Shown here: positions 12,868 through 22,430 of the stretch, in pieces
Layout of the letters: each line of letters opens with the position of its first letter
Numbering within the stretch: the stretch's first letter is position 1
Source of the DNA: a virus
Direction: 5' to 3' (one strand)
Virus record (IMG/VR): IMGVR_UViG_3300045988_175036
Span: 1 to 64,000 of that record
Length of the DNA stretch: 64,000 bases
Translations under genes and position numbers: made by a program
Notes under the pieces: model-generated
Told to the model about the DNA's origin: nothing
What the model saw: only the letters and a program-made list of their open reading frames with translations
Databases searched by the model: none

Positions 12868-13139
12868 AACTAGATTTAGTAAATGAGTTTGTCGCACGCG
12901 CGGCGTCACTGGAAGTAGAGGAGTTTTTGGGGCTTACCAATCTTCTCAATGTTCCGCTGACTACGGAAGCGCGCGATCACCGTCCTTTTGAGGATGTCTT
13001 TATTGATGCAGTTGTCGCTTTCGGTAAAATGGGGCGGAAGCAAAAACGAGAACTTATAAAAGTGCTGCGCCGCGTAGAAAAAGACAATAAAGAAATGCGC
13101 GCGACCATTGAAGAGGAGGCGGCCTCCAAATGCCAGTAA
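12864..13139 (+). CDS. hypothetical protein (91 aa, TTG start)
   Basis: AAAGGAGG at 12851-12858, then TTG at 12864, which overlaps the upstream stop codon (TTGA). The track's ATG at 12822 lies inside the upstream gene and has no RBS. Confidence 0.5.
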   Translation: MKLDLVNEFVARAASLEVEEFLGLTNLLNVPLTTEARDHRPFEDVFIDAVVAFGKMGRKQKRELIKVLRRVEKDNKEMRATIEEEAASKCQ

Positions 13140-14125
13140 TTCCTCAAATTCCTCGCCCTAAGCGTTCGTTTCTCTCAAAACGGTGCGCGCGATGTCAGGT
13201 AGAACAACCAGAAGAGGATTTCGCTTTCACTCACAGCGAATTCTATCCCGACCACCATCTTCCACTTTGTAATTCATGCATTACTTCGATGTTGCGCGAA
13301 CACGACTTTGATTGGGGTTTTATTGATAAGTTGTGCCAATGGGCCGATATTCCCTTTATTGTAAAAGAATGGGAGAGATTGCGCGAACTCAATTCTCTTG
13401 ATAGTGTATGGGCAGCTTATTCCAAAGTTTTTGCCTCGCAAGATTATGAAGGCCTTGGGTGGGGCTCTTATTTCAAGCAATATCAAGAACTAAAAGCAGT
13501 CGGTCTAGTGGAAGAAGAGATTCCACTTTTGAAGGAGAAGCATTTCGATGAGCTGCGCGCGCGATGGGGCGCAAATTACGATGAAGAGGCTCTCGATTAT
13601 CTTGAGAACCTTTATCAAGGACTTTTGATGTCTCAAAATGTAGTCGGCGCGCTTCAAATTGACCAAGCTCAAAAACTTTGTAAAGTTTCGTATGAGATTG
13701 ATAGTCGCATCCGCGCGGGAGATAAAGATGTCGATAAATTCATGGCAACCTATGACAAGCTAGTCAAAACCGCTGAGTTCACACCTAAAAATATAAAGAA
13801 CGCGCGTGACTTTGATAGCTTTGGTGAATTGGCACTTTGGCTTGAAAAGCGCGGAAATCAAAATAAATTCTACGATGGCGCGACACGTGATGTTATCGAT
13901 GAGACTATCAAAAATATTCAAGCTTGGAACCAGCGTCTCTATGTAAATGAAAGTAGTCTAAGTGAAGAAATTACCGCGCGCCTACAAGCTCTCAAAAATG
14001 TCCAAGAAAGCGAAAACTTCTATGAGACAGAGCAAAAAGATTTCGACGCAGACCTCTACGAAGCAGAAGTTTTCAAAGATGAGGATAGTGAAGACTTTGA
14101 AACAGAAGGAGAGATGGGCATATGA
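13130..14125 (+). CDS. hypothetical protein (331 aa) with an N-terminal zinc ribbon; small-terminase candidate by position only
   Basis: CARC..x25..CNSC. Sits immediately upstream of, and overlapping, the large terminase. Acidic C-terminus. Confidence 0.35.
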   Translation: MPVIPQIPRPKRSFLSKRCARCQVEQPEEDFAFTHSEFYPDHHLPLCNSCITSMLREHDFDWGFIDKLCQWADIPFIVKEWERLRELNSLDSVWAAYSKVFASQDYEGLGWGSYFKQYQELKAVGLVEEEIPLLKEKHFDELRARWGANYDEEALDYLENLYQGLLMSQNVVGALQIDQAQKLCKVSYEIDSRIRAGDKDVDKFMATYDKLVKTAEFTPKNIKNARDFDSFGELALWLEKRGNQNKFYDGATRDVIDETIKNIQAWNQRLYVNESSLSEEITARLQALKNVQESENFYETEQKDFDADLYEAEVFKDEDSEDFETEGEMGI

Positions 14126-14510
14126 GTAATGTAATTCAATTGCGCCCGCCCACTTCTCCTTTTCTTCAAGATAATCGTATCTATCGAGATGGCATTTTAC
14201 TTGAAAAAGGTGTTGAAGTTACTGAAGACTTTTTATTGCGTAATGAAAAGTTTTTTGCGGATTTGACGCAACTTTATACCGTATACCCTGACGTCTACTT
14301 AGACACAATCCAACCAGAAAATAGTCAGTTTGACCTATTTCCGTATCAGCGATGCTTCTTGAGGTCTCTGATGCGTTATAATCAAGTTTATATAACAGCA
14401 ACACGCGCAGCCTCTAAATCTTTTCTTTCTGTTCTAGGAATGTTCTTACAATGCGTTTTCATCCCTGGTCACAAATGTTCACTTATTGCGCCAGTCAAAA
14501 CACAAGGCGT
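14122..14510 (+). CDS. terL: terminase large subunit, exon 1 of 4
   Basis: Walker A-like YITATRAASKSF. The frame runs into a stop 8 codons past the proposed 5' splice site (U14510). Confidence 0.8.
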
Positions 14511-14787
14511 AAGATTTTGCGCCTCTCCTTTGTAAAAAGGAGATAAATCAGACATCTAATTGCTGGGAAACCCTAAAGTCCAAATGCCTTTTATGGAGCG
14601 AAAGCAGAAACAAGTTTTGGAATGGTCTACGGTGAAAGCCTAAAGATTTTTATAATGGGTAATCAGCATCCAACTCATTTTGAGAGGTTCAACGACTATC
14701 CTACGGGAGTAAATTATGAAATGGTGTCTTACCTTTATGGTAAAAGATATAGTCTAATCTTATGTGAAAGCATAAGCTAACAAAATG
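14511..14787 (+). mobile_element. group I-like intron (277 nt, no ORF), terL intron 1
   Basis: P1: exon AGGCGU (14505-14510) pairs with GCGCCU (14519-14524), including U14510.G14519. Core elements: UAAUUGCUGGG 14557-14567, GGUAAUCAGCA, UUCAACGAC 14688-14696, GAUAUAGUCUAAUC 14746-14759. The intron ends in G14787. Splicing restores the frame as ..APVKTQGV|KIFKEKIAEIL.. Confidence 0.75.
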
Positions 14788-15460
14788 AAAAATCTTCAAA
14801 GAAAAGATAGCTGAAATACTAAAGATTTGGCCGCTTCTTGAAAAAGAACTTGAAGTCTTTATGGGCAAACCTCACATCAATTTATCAAAAGATGTCGGTG
14901 AAGCCTATTTCAAAAACGGTTCGCTATTTACTGTCGAGGGCGCCACGGATTCGTCTAGGGGATTAAGACGCCACTCAATTTTCCTCGACGAAACCCGTGA
15001 TGCTGACGAAGATGCAGTTAGTGAAATTATTATTCCTCAATTGAATGTTTCCCGTCGTAATGCGCTTGGCCTTGTAAATCCATATGAAGCTGTAAATCAG
15101 CAAATGATTAGTGGTACTTCTGCGGGCACTAAATCGTCTTATGCTTACGCGTTACTTTGTGAGACAATGATCCAGGCTATAATTGACCCAGCGCACGCTT
15201 TTGTGATGGGACTTGATTATAGATTGCCCGCAATGCATGGCCTGGTAGACAAAGCTTTCGTCGAACGTCAAAAATTCTCATCCTCTTACAATGAAGCCAC
15301 TTTCGCAGCAGAGTTTTTAGGAATTTGGGAAGGCGGAAGCAATGAAGCTTGGTATGATTTTGAGAAACTTTCTAAATACAGAAAGAAAAAAAATCCAGAG
15401 TGGCATCAAAAATATAAAGACGATCCAAATGTTTTCTACTTACTGTCGATAGATATTGGT
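14788..15460 (+). CDS. terL: terminase large subunit, exon 2 of 4
   Basis: Walker B SIFLDE, coupling motif SGTSAG, and the start of the nuclease domain, YLLSIDIG. Confidence 0.8.
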
Positions 15461-15699
15461 GGGCCCTTAGTTCTGCCCTATTTTGTAGTAATATAAAATG
15501 TGTATCTTTCTAATTGCTGGGACACCCTTCGGGGTAATCAGCAACCAATCTACGGACGGTTCAACGACTATCTCGCAAGAGAGTAGAGGCAAGCGCCTCG
15601 AAATGGAAGATATCCCACTGGGATAATGATATAGTCTAATCTTTATGGAAACATAAAGCCCTATGGTATGGAATTAGCGACTTCATACAAATATAAATG
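15461..15699 (+). mobile_element. group I-like intron (239 nt, no ORF), terL intron 2
   Basis: Carries the same core as intron 1: UAAUUGCUGGG 15511-15521, UUCAACGAC 15560-15568, GAUAUAGUCUAAUC 15628-15641. The 5' exon ends at U15460, with weak P1 pairing G15458-C15477, G15459-C15476 and U15460.G15475. Ends in G15699. The junction gives ..SIDIG|RIHDSTVATVF.. Confidence 0.65.
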
Positions 15700-15892
15700 A
15701 GAATTCACGATAGTACAGTAGCAACAGTATTTCGAGTCAATAAAGTAAATGGCAAATACTATTCAACAGTAGTAAATATCTATGTTCTAGGGCGTCAAGC
15801 GGAAACTAAAACTTTCTCTCAACAGGCAATTGATATAAAACTTCTAATTGAGAGATATAATCCGCGCGAAGTCCTTATTGACACTAATGGCT
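15700..15892 (+). CDS. terL: terminase large subunit, exon 3 of 4
   Basis: Nuclease-domain segment RIHDSTVATVFRV...VLIDTNG. Confidence 0.75.
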
Positions 15893-16128
15893 TAGTAGAA
15901 CTTAGGTCATTCAAAATCCCTCTAATTGCTGGGAAGCCTTTTTGAGGTAATCAGCAACGAAGTCGCGTTCGCGCGAAACGCTCAACGACCAATCGCAAGA
16001 TGTAGGGGCAGCGCCCTGAAATGGGGGATACTTTTTTTGTAAAGTAAAGATATGGTCTTCTCTACATAGAGATATGTAGCAGTTCATAAGAGAACGCATA
16101 CGCTTGCGAAACGTATGGAAAATAAAAG
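15893..16128 (+). mobile_element. group I-like intron (about 236 nt, no ORF), terL intron 3
   Basis: P1: exon AAUGGCU (15886-15892) pairs with GGUCAUU (15905-15911), including U15892.G15905. Core elements: UAAUUGCUGGG 15923-15933, CUCAACGAC 15981-15989, GAUAUGGUC 16049-16057. G16128 precedes exon 4. The junction gives ..LIDTNGL|GLGIADEMIK.. An alternative 3' site at G16117 is not excluded. Confidence 0.65.
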
Positions 16129-16664
16129 TAGGTCTGGGAATAGCCGACGAAATGATAAAAACTCATATTGATGGCCGAGGGCGTGAACTTCCTGCTTACG
16201 GCTTTTTCAATAATGATGATTATAAAAAAATTCAACCAAAAAATTGTATTTCAATTCTATACTCAATGAAAGCAAATGGCCCATTGAAATCAAAAATCAA
16301 TGGCAACGCTTATGCTCGTCTAAATAGTGGCCTTGTTCGTTTCTTGATTTCTGAACAAGAGGCGCGCGCTTCACTTCTTGCCACAAAAAAAGGCCAGAAG
16401 ATGTCTATGAAAGAGCGTGCAGAACGGCTTATCCCGCATGAAAATACAACAAAACTTTTCAATGAAATGGGGAACCTTCGTGCAAAACAAACGGGCAATG
16501 ATATCGTCCTTGAACCAATCAATACTCGGTTCCCAGATGATAAATACTATTCATTTGCTTATGGCCTTTGGCGCATCAAAGAAATAGAGGAAGAAGAACA
16601 AAAACGACAAAGGAAACGAGGTCTCAATAAACGAAAACTCGTATTCTTTACAGGAGGAACCTAA
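16129..16664 (+). CDS. terL: terminase large subunit, exon 4 of 4
   Basis: GLGIADEM.. through the basic C-terminus. The four exons sum to 1791 nt, i.e. 596 codons plus a stop, all in frame. Confidence 0.75.
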
Positions 16665-18179
16665 TTGGAAAATCAACAAAACAAAGTAAAAACCGCGCGC
16701 GATATTTCCTCCTTTTCCCGCGCGCGAGAACAAATGGTAGCCAAAAGCCGAGAGGTCTATGGAGACTATGATTATCTATCTGGCGCGCGAGCTTCTCGAA
16801 GATTGCGCAAATATTCCTTGAAGGAGATAGATGAAATTATTAGTTCTGGTTCTTTAGCAGAACAACGAATTTTATCTCGAAATTATTTTTCGCTGGATGG
16901 GCTTTATAAGAGAATTCTTTTGTATTATGCTACCTTGATGAAAGGGGCCGGATTGCTGGCGCCAGTCCCGGCGTATGGCAAGCAACTCTCCGCCGACCAC
17001 ATTCAAAAACGTTATTATAATGCTTTGAATTATATAGACAAGCTTCATCTGGAGGAATTCGAGACAAAAGTGGCATTGCGCGCGCTTATTGACGGATGCT
17101 ATTATGGCGTCATTCAAAGACTTGATAAGAATGATTTGGTTCTTCTTGATTTGCCTGCGCAGTTCGCTCGTTCATGCTATAAGGATATATATGGTAGAGA
17201 TATAATTGAATTTGATGTTACTTATTTCTCTCAAATTACTGATAAAGAAGAGAGAGAAGAAGAATTATCTCTTTTTCCATCAGTAATTAGTAAGTATTAT
17301 CGTCGATATGTAAAAGGTAGGGAAACTTGTTCGTGGGTAAAGGTGCCTTCAGAGTTAGGAGTTTGTTTCTCTTTTATCGAAGATGGTACTCCGCTCTTTC
17401 TTTCTACAATTCCAGCAACAATTCAATATGACGAAGCAGTAGATACCGAGAGAGAAAGAGATTTGGACGAAATTAGAAAAATTCTAATTCAAAAAATCCC
17501 TCATCTTCAAGATGGTTCACTTCTATTTGAACCGGAGGAAGCGGTTGAAATGCACGCTGGCACGGTCGAGATGATGGCTGGAAATAAGAATGTCTCAGTA
17601 TTGACTACATATGCTGATGTTGATTCAATTGTTTCTAAAACATCTTCAGATGCAGTTTCTAATAATTTGGAAAAGATGCTTCAAAATGTATATGCTGAAG
17701 CTAGTGTCAGTGCGCAATTATTCTCACCAACGGGAGCACAAGCTCTTGACAATTCTATTCGTAATGATATGTCCTTTATGATGATACTTATGAATAAAAT
17801 TGCCCGCTTTGTTACCGATTTAGTGAATGGACTTTTTGGAAATACGAATATCTCTTTCAAATATACCATTCTGCCAATTACTTATTACAATCAATCTGAA
17901 TTTATTACTGATTCCATGAAGCTCGCGCAAGCTGGATATAGCTATCTATTGCCATCTATCGCGATTGGTGTTGGACAAAGAGAACTTCTTGGAATAAAGG
18001 AATTAGAAAATGAAGCGCTAGGTCTTCGTGATAAACTAATTCCTCTTGCTTCTTCTTATACTGAGTCAGCTGGAAATGGCCCTGGACGCCCCACAAAAAC
18101 GACAGAACAAAAAGCTCCTTCAACGATTCAGAAAGAAGAATCAATCAATAAGCAAGGAGGCGTGAAGACCGATGAATAA
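16665..18179 (+). CDS. portal protein (putative, 504 aa, TTG start)
   Basis: Lies immediately after terL. Size is typical of portals. AGGAGG RBS before the TTG at 16665. No family motif recognised by eye. Confidence 0.55.
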   Translation: MENQQNKVKTARDISSFSRAREQMVAKSREVYGDYDYLSGARASRRLRKYSLKEIDEIISSGSLAEQRILSRNYFSLDGLYKRILLYYATLMKGAGLLAPVPAYGKQLSADHIQKRYYNALNYIDKLHLEEFETKVALRALIDGCYYGVIQRLDKNDLVLLDLPAQFARSCYKDIYGRDIIEFDVTYFSQITDKEEREEELSLFPSVISKYYRRYVKGRETCSWVKVPSELGVCFSFIEDGTPLFLSTIPATIQYDEAVDTERERDLDEIRKILIQKIPHLQDGSLLFEPEEAVEMHAGTVEMMAGNKNVSVLTTYADVDSIVSKTSSDAVSNNLEKMLQNVYAEASVSAQLFSPTGAQALDNSIRNDMSFMMILMNKIARFVTDLVNGLFGNTNISFKYTILPITYYNQSEFITDSMKLAQAGYSYLLPSIAIGVGQRELLGIKELENEALGLRDKLIPLASSYTESAGNGPGRPTKTTEQKAPSTIQKEESINKQGGVKTDE

Positions 18180-19524
18180 TTTCGAGTTTCCTGTCTCCGT
18201 TTATGGGAAATTAGAAAAGTATAATGACGTGCTTTCAAAAGGACGGTGCCGTATTTTTTATAAATACGGCAACCGCAATGGCACTTATATAACGGATGAG
18301 TTTTCTGAGAAACTTCTGTCAACAATAGCTTACGCGCCAGTCAAAGGTATTTATGAATATGATGATTTTACTGACCATGGCGCGCGGCGTTCTGAAGGAC
18401 GAATTTATGGTATTGTGCCAGAAAATCCACATCTTCAATGGGAAGAACATGAAGATGAGGATGGGGTTGTGCGCACATATGCTTGTGTTGATGTCCTAAT
18501 TTTTACTGCACTTTATAAAGAAGCCAGCGATATTATTGGTAAAGCACAATCAATGGAACTTTATGAACCTTCCTTACAATACCACAGAGAAATTATTCAT
18601 GGTCAACAATATATTGTTTTTGACGAAGGATGTTTCTTAGGACTTCAAGTATTAGGGAAGGATGTTGAGCCATGTTTTGAAGGCGCGGCTTTTTTCCAAT
18701 TACAGGAAAATATTGAAGAAGTTGTAAAGAAAATTCAAGAGATTGAAATGACATATTCCAAAGGAGGACAAAAAGAAATGCCTCAGATGAATTTTAAGTT
18801 GTCTGATAGCCAGAAATTCGATGCTCTTTGGTCTTTGCTCAATCCAAATTATACAGAGGAAGGCAATTGGACAATTGATTATGCTATTTGTGATGTATAT
18901 GACGAATATGCTCTAGCTTATAGTTATGAAAATGCGCAATATGAGCGTATTTATTATACTAAAAATGATGAGACTGATAGTGTAGCTCTTGGTGAAAAAG
19001 TTCGCGTTTATGTTGTCGATGTTACTGAAAAGGAAAAGACCACTCTTGACACATTGCGCGACCTCAATGGTGGAACGTATGAGCTTGTAAATGAAAATCT
19101 TGAGCACGCGCAAGAAAATGCTGAAAAAATTTCTGGTTTTGAACTCAAAGTTACCGAGTTAGAAAATAATATCGCAACTTTGAATACAGAGAAGTCTGCA
19201 ATTCAGTCAAGTTATGAACTTGAGCATCAAAAAGTTGAAAGTCTAACTGCTGAAAATGAAGGACTAAAACAGTATAAGCTATCCATCGAAGCAGAACAGA
19301 AGAATGCGGTTTTCACAGAGTATAAGGACAAGCTTTCTGAAGAAATTCTTGATACTTATCGTGAGAAGGCAGCAGAATATTCTGTCGTTGACCTAGATAA
19401 AGAATTAGCTTATGAACTGAAGAAAACAAATTTCTCTTTCTATGAGAAAAAGGATAATGGTTATTTACGCAAAGATGTCCAGAAGAATGGCATCGACGAG
19501 ATTCTTGCTCGTTATGTAAAGTAA
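18172..19524 (+). CDS. scaffolding-like or prohead-maturation-like protein (450 aa)
   Basis: Lies between the portal and capsid genes. The C-terminal half is heptad-rich coiled coil (ELKVTELENNIATLNTEKSAIQ...). Function of the N-terminal domain is not assigned. Confidence 0.45.
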   Translation: MNNFEFPVSVYGKLEKYNDVLSKGRCRIFYKYGNRNGTYITDEFSEKLLSTIAYAPVKGIYEYDDFTDHGARRSEGRIYGIVPENPHLQWEEHEDEDGVVRTYACVDVLIFTALYKEASDIIGKAQSMELYEPSLQYHREIIHGQQYIVFDEGCFLGLQVLGKDVEPCFEGAAFFQLQENIEEVVKKIQEIEMTYSKGGQKEMPQMNFKLSDSQKFDALWSLLNPNYTEEGNWTIDYAICDVYDEYALAYSYENAQYERIYYTKNDETDSVALGEKVRVYVVDVTEKEKTTLDTLRDLNGGTYELVNENLEHAQENAEKISGFELKVTELENNIATLNTEKSAIQSSYELEHQKVESLTAENEGLKQYKLSIEAEQKNAVFTEYKDKLSEEILDTYREKAAEYSVVDLDKELAYELKKTNFSFYEKKDNGYLRKDVQKNGIDEILARYVK

Positions 19525-19545
19525 TAAATTTTTGGAGGACTAAAA

Positions 19546-20100
19546 ATGGCTACTAAGAGATTAGTAATCGACGGTTATGGTCAGGTTGAGCTAAACAACG
19601 TTGCCTTCCGTCGTGATGGACGTATCGTGGCTCAGTGCGCGCCCGATACTACCGATTTTGCTTCTGTTCCAGTTGAGAATGGTATGATTCTTGCTGTTGA
19701 CGAGGCTAACCGCACTGTAAAGTTTGCTACTGACAATTCTCTTCCTCTCGCTCTGGTTTATTCTACTGAGCATATGTATGACGAGAGAATGCCTGGTCTA
19801 AAGAACTTCAAACTAAATGGCTCTGATGACTTCCTACCTCGTCTAGGTTATCCAGCTGTTGGCGATAAGTGGCATACTAACACTATTTGCTATTCTGATA
19901 CAGAATATACTAATGAAGCAGCGCTCATTACTGCACTAAAGGCATATAAGACTGCTGCTGTTTATGGTAAGGCTGATGCTACTGGTGCTGTTTGTTTGAC
20001 TGCCACTGCTCCTACCGTTGGTCTAAAGCTAAAGGTTGTTGAGTATGGCACTATGCCCGACGGTCAGAAGGGTGTAAAGCTACAAGTTTTAGATGTGTAA
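19546..20100 (+). CDS. head protein (184 aa), possibly a decoration or auxiliary capsid protein
   Basis: Strong RBS and a position directly upstream of the putative major capsid gene. No motif recognised. Confidence 0.35.
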   Translation: MATKRLVIDGYGQVELNNVAFRRDGRIVAQCAPDTTDFASVPVENGMILAVDEANRTVKFATDNSLPLALVYSTEHMYDERMPGLKNFKLNGSDDFLPRLGYPAVGDKWHTNTICYSDTEYTNEAALITALKAYKTAAVYGKADATGAVCLTATAPTVGLKLKVVEYGTMPDGQKGVKLQVLDV

Positions 20101-20115
20101 TAGGAGGGTAATAAA

Positions 20116-21171
20116 ATGACTATTGCTGAACTACAAGAAATTGCCCTTCACGCTGTAAAGGGCACTGTGCCTGCTACTTATGCAAATAAGGAAGTTGATA
20201 TGCAGGCCGCTTTTGCTGATGGTCTTAGCGAGCTAATGGGCTCCTACAATCAGTTTATGAAGAATCGTTATGACATTTATGAAATTGTCATGAAGGCCTA
20301 TAACGAAATTCTTCCTGCAAAGGTTATTGATGCCATTGGTGCTTTTGCTGATGTTCAAACCACGAAGAATGGCGAGAAGGTTATGTTCAAGGTCCGCAAG
20401 GGCAAGCTACGCGCCAAGAAGTTCCTAACTCAGGCTGCTATCAATGGTGTTTATGAGACTTTCCGTCTTGATTCTGACACCTTCACTCTTGCTATGCACA
20501 ATGTCGGCGGCGGTGTCTCTGTTGACCTACAACGTGTTGCTGACGGCGCGGAGTCTCTAGCCGAGTGTATGGCTATTCTAAATGAGGGTCTAACTGACGC
20601 TGTTTATTATGAGGTTTATAAAGCCCTCCGTGCAGCTATCAATGCCTCTGCTCGTCCTGCTGCTAATAAGGTTGACGTTTCTTCTTGGGATGCTGAGAAG
20701 ATGGTCAAGCTAGTCAATGTTGTTCGTGCGTATGGCAATGGCGTTGCTATTTTTGCTCCTCCTGAGTTCATTGGTGCGATGGGTGCTGACGCCATTGTTT
20801 CTGGTATTGCCAATACCACCAATGGCATTTATCATCCTCAAGATATTGATGCTATTCATAATACTGGTTACATCAATATCTTCCGCGGTTGCCCAGTCGT
20901 TCCAATTCGTCAGTCCTTTATTGACGAGAGCAATGAGAAGACCTGGATTGACCCACAGATTGCTTATGTTCTTCCCGCTGGCGGTGAGAAGGTTGTCAAG
21001 GTTGGACTCGAAGGTGGCTCTCTAATTCGTGACTACCAGAACCGTGATGGTTCTACCGAGATTTATGCTGAGCAGAAGATGGGCTGTGCTATTCTTGCTC
21101 ATCATAACTGGGGTATTTATAGAAATACCGGTATCGAGCAAACTTACGAGAACCCCTACGTCAATCTTTGA
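20116..21171 (+). CDS. major capsid protein (putative, 351 aa)
   Basis: Size and position fit a capsid gene. Strong AGGAGGG RBS, biased codon use, and a strong terminator directly downstream. Confidence 0.55.
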   Translation: MTIAELQEIALHAVKGTVPATYANKEVDMQAAFADGLSELMGSYNQFMKNRYDIYEIVMKAYNEILPAKVIDAIGAFADVQTTKNGEKVMFKVRKGKLRAKKFLTQAAINGVYETFRLDSDTFTLAMHNVGGGVSVDLQRVADGAESLAECMAILNEGLTDAVYYEVYKALRAAINASARPAANKVDVSSWDAEKMVKLVNVVRAYGNGVAIFAPPEFIGAMGADAIVSGIANTTNGIYHPQDIDAIHNTGYINIFRGCPVVPIRQSFIDESNEKTWIDPQIAYVLPAGGEKVVKVGLEGGSLIRDYQNRDGSTEIYAEQKMGCAILAHHNWGIYRNTGIEQTYENPYVNL

Positions 21172-21193
21172 TAAATCCCTACGATATATAATG

Positions 21194-21226
21194 GATGGGG
21201 GAGGTAGCTCCTCCTCCATCTTTTTC
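21194..21226 (+). terminator. rho-independent terminator after the capsid gene
   Basis: GATGGGGGAGG (21194-21204) / CCTCCTCCATC (21210-21220), with one G.U pair, followed by TTTTT. Confidence 0.8.
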
Positions 21227-21255
21227 TAAATTTTGGAGTAAAAGGAGTATTCATA

Positions 21256-21729
21256 ATGTCTAAGGTAAAAATTATTAGTAAGTATTCTGGTTCAGTTTTG
21301 GTAAAAATTCCAGACTTGAATTTCCGTCGTGAACTAATTGCGCGCGGCTCATCTTTTACAGTAGATAGCGAGTTTTTACAAGAAATGATGTATGATTATG
21401 GCTTCCGTTATATGATAGAAAGCGGAATGCTTTATATCGATGACCTTCAAGTAAAGAAAGACCTGGGTCTTGAACCAGAAGACGCCACAGAACCAGTCAA
21501 TCTAATTCCGCTAGAAGAGCCTCAAATGAAGCGCGCGATGACGGTTATGCCAATCAATGAGTTCAAAGCATTTATCAAAAAGCTCACATATGAACAAATG
21601 CTTGCGCTATCTGATTATGCTATTTATAACGAGCTAGGAGATTTTCAAAAAGCACAAATCATCAAAGAGGCTTGTGAAAAGGATATTCTAAAAGCGATTG
21701 AACTAAATAGGCAGGCTAAGGAGGGCTAA
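21256..21729 (+). CDS. hypothetical head/neck-module protein (157 aa)
   Basis: Strong RBS; call rests on synteny only. Confidence 0.5.
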   Translation: MSKVKIISKYSGSVLVKIPDLNFRRELIARGSSFTVDSEFLQEMMYDYGFRYMIESGMLYIDDLQVKKDLGLEPEDATEPVNLIPLEEPQMKRAMTVMPINEFKAFIKKLTYEQMLALSDYAIYNELGDFQKAQIIKEACEKDILKAIELNRQAKEG

Positions 21730-21732
21730 TAA

Positions 21733-22164
21733 ATGGCGACTCCTTTACAAACAGTATATCAAGCTTTTTTGTCAAAGATTTTAGAGGATGAGTGGCAAGG
21801 ATGGTCGCAGGAAGAATTAGAGGCTGATTTAGAAACACTTCTAACTGGCGCTGTCACTCGTTTCAAGTTCCCCCGCAAATCTCTTGAATGGAATAACGAA
21901 GGTTTCATTGAAGATTTAGATAATGAAGAAATTCAAATTTTAGCTTGTTATATGAAAGTAGAATGGCTCAATAGGACTATTCTCTGCTGGGAAAATGTAA
22001 AACCTCTTTATGAGGAAAGAGACTTTTCTCAAGCAAATCTTCTTGATAAGTTTGATCAAATGCTAAAAACCGAACAAAAGGCTGCCGCGCAGTTAGAAGC
22101 AATTTATTATCGTTCTATAAAGCGGAGGCCCTTTGCTTATCGTAAGTTGGCTGAGCAGTCATGA
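21733..22164 (+). CDS. hypothetical head-tail connector-module protein (143 aa)
   Basis: Strong RBS; call rests on synteny only. Confidence 0.5.
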   Translation: MATPLQTVYQAFLSKILEDEWQGWSQEELEADLETLLTGAVTRFKFPRKSLEWNNEGFIEDLDNEEIQILACYMKVEWLNRTILCWENVKPLYEERDFSQANLLDKFDQMLKTEQKAAAQLEAIYYRSIKRRPFAYRKLAEQS

Positions 22165-22430
22165 AAAAAGAATTTGCTGAAGGATATATCAACAAGCTAA
22201 AGAGCAAACTTTTTGGTCTATTGTGTGAATTTGAAAAGAATGGCGAGTGGGAAAAATTTCTTGATTCGATTATTACTGAGCTTCTTGGTTTTCCAGAGGA
22301 TTTACGCACAATAAACTATTATATTTTGCTGGCTAAAATTTCTTCGCTTCGTTATCTTCGTTATGAATATTTTCGTAATACAATTTTTAGTTGTATGACT
22401 TTATTGGGGAAGACTAATGAACTATTATGA
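22161..22430 (+). CDS. hypothetical protein (89 aa)
   Basis: Start and stop overlap the neighbouring genes, suggesting translational coupling. Confidence 0.5.
   Translation: MKKEFAEGYINKLKSKLFGLLCEFEKNGEWEKFLDSIITELLGFPEDLRTINYYILLAKISSLRYLRYEYFRNTIFSCMTLLGKTNELL

Noticed and set aside
14122-16664. The terminase as a decayed, frameshifted pseudogene in four fragments
   Set aside because: The gaps share a conserved structured core and obey the U/omega-G splice rules with P1 pairing. The exons sum to an exact in-frame 596-codon gene with all catalytic motifs intact.
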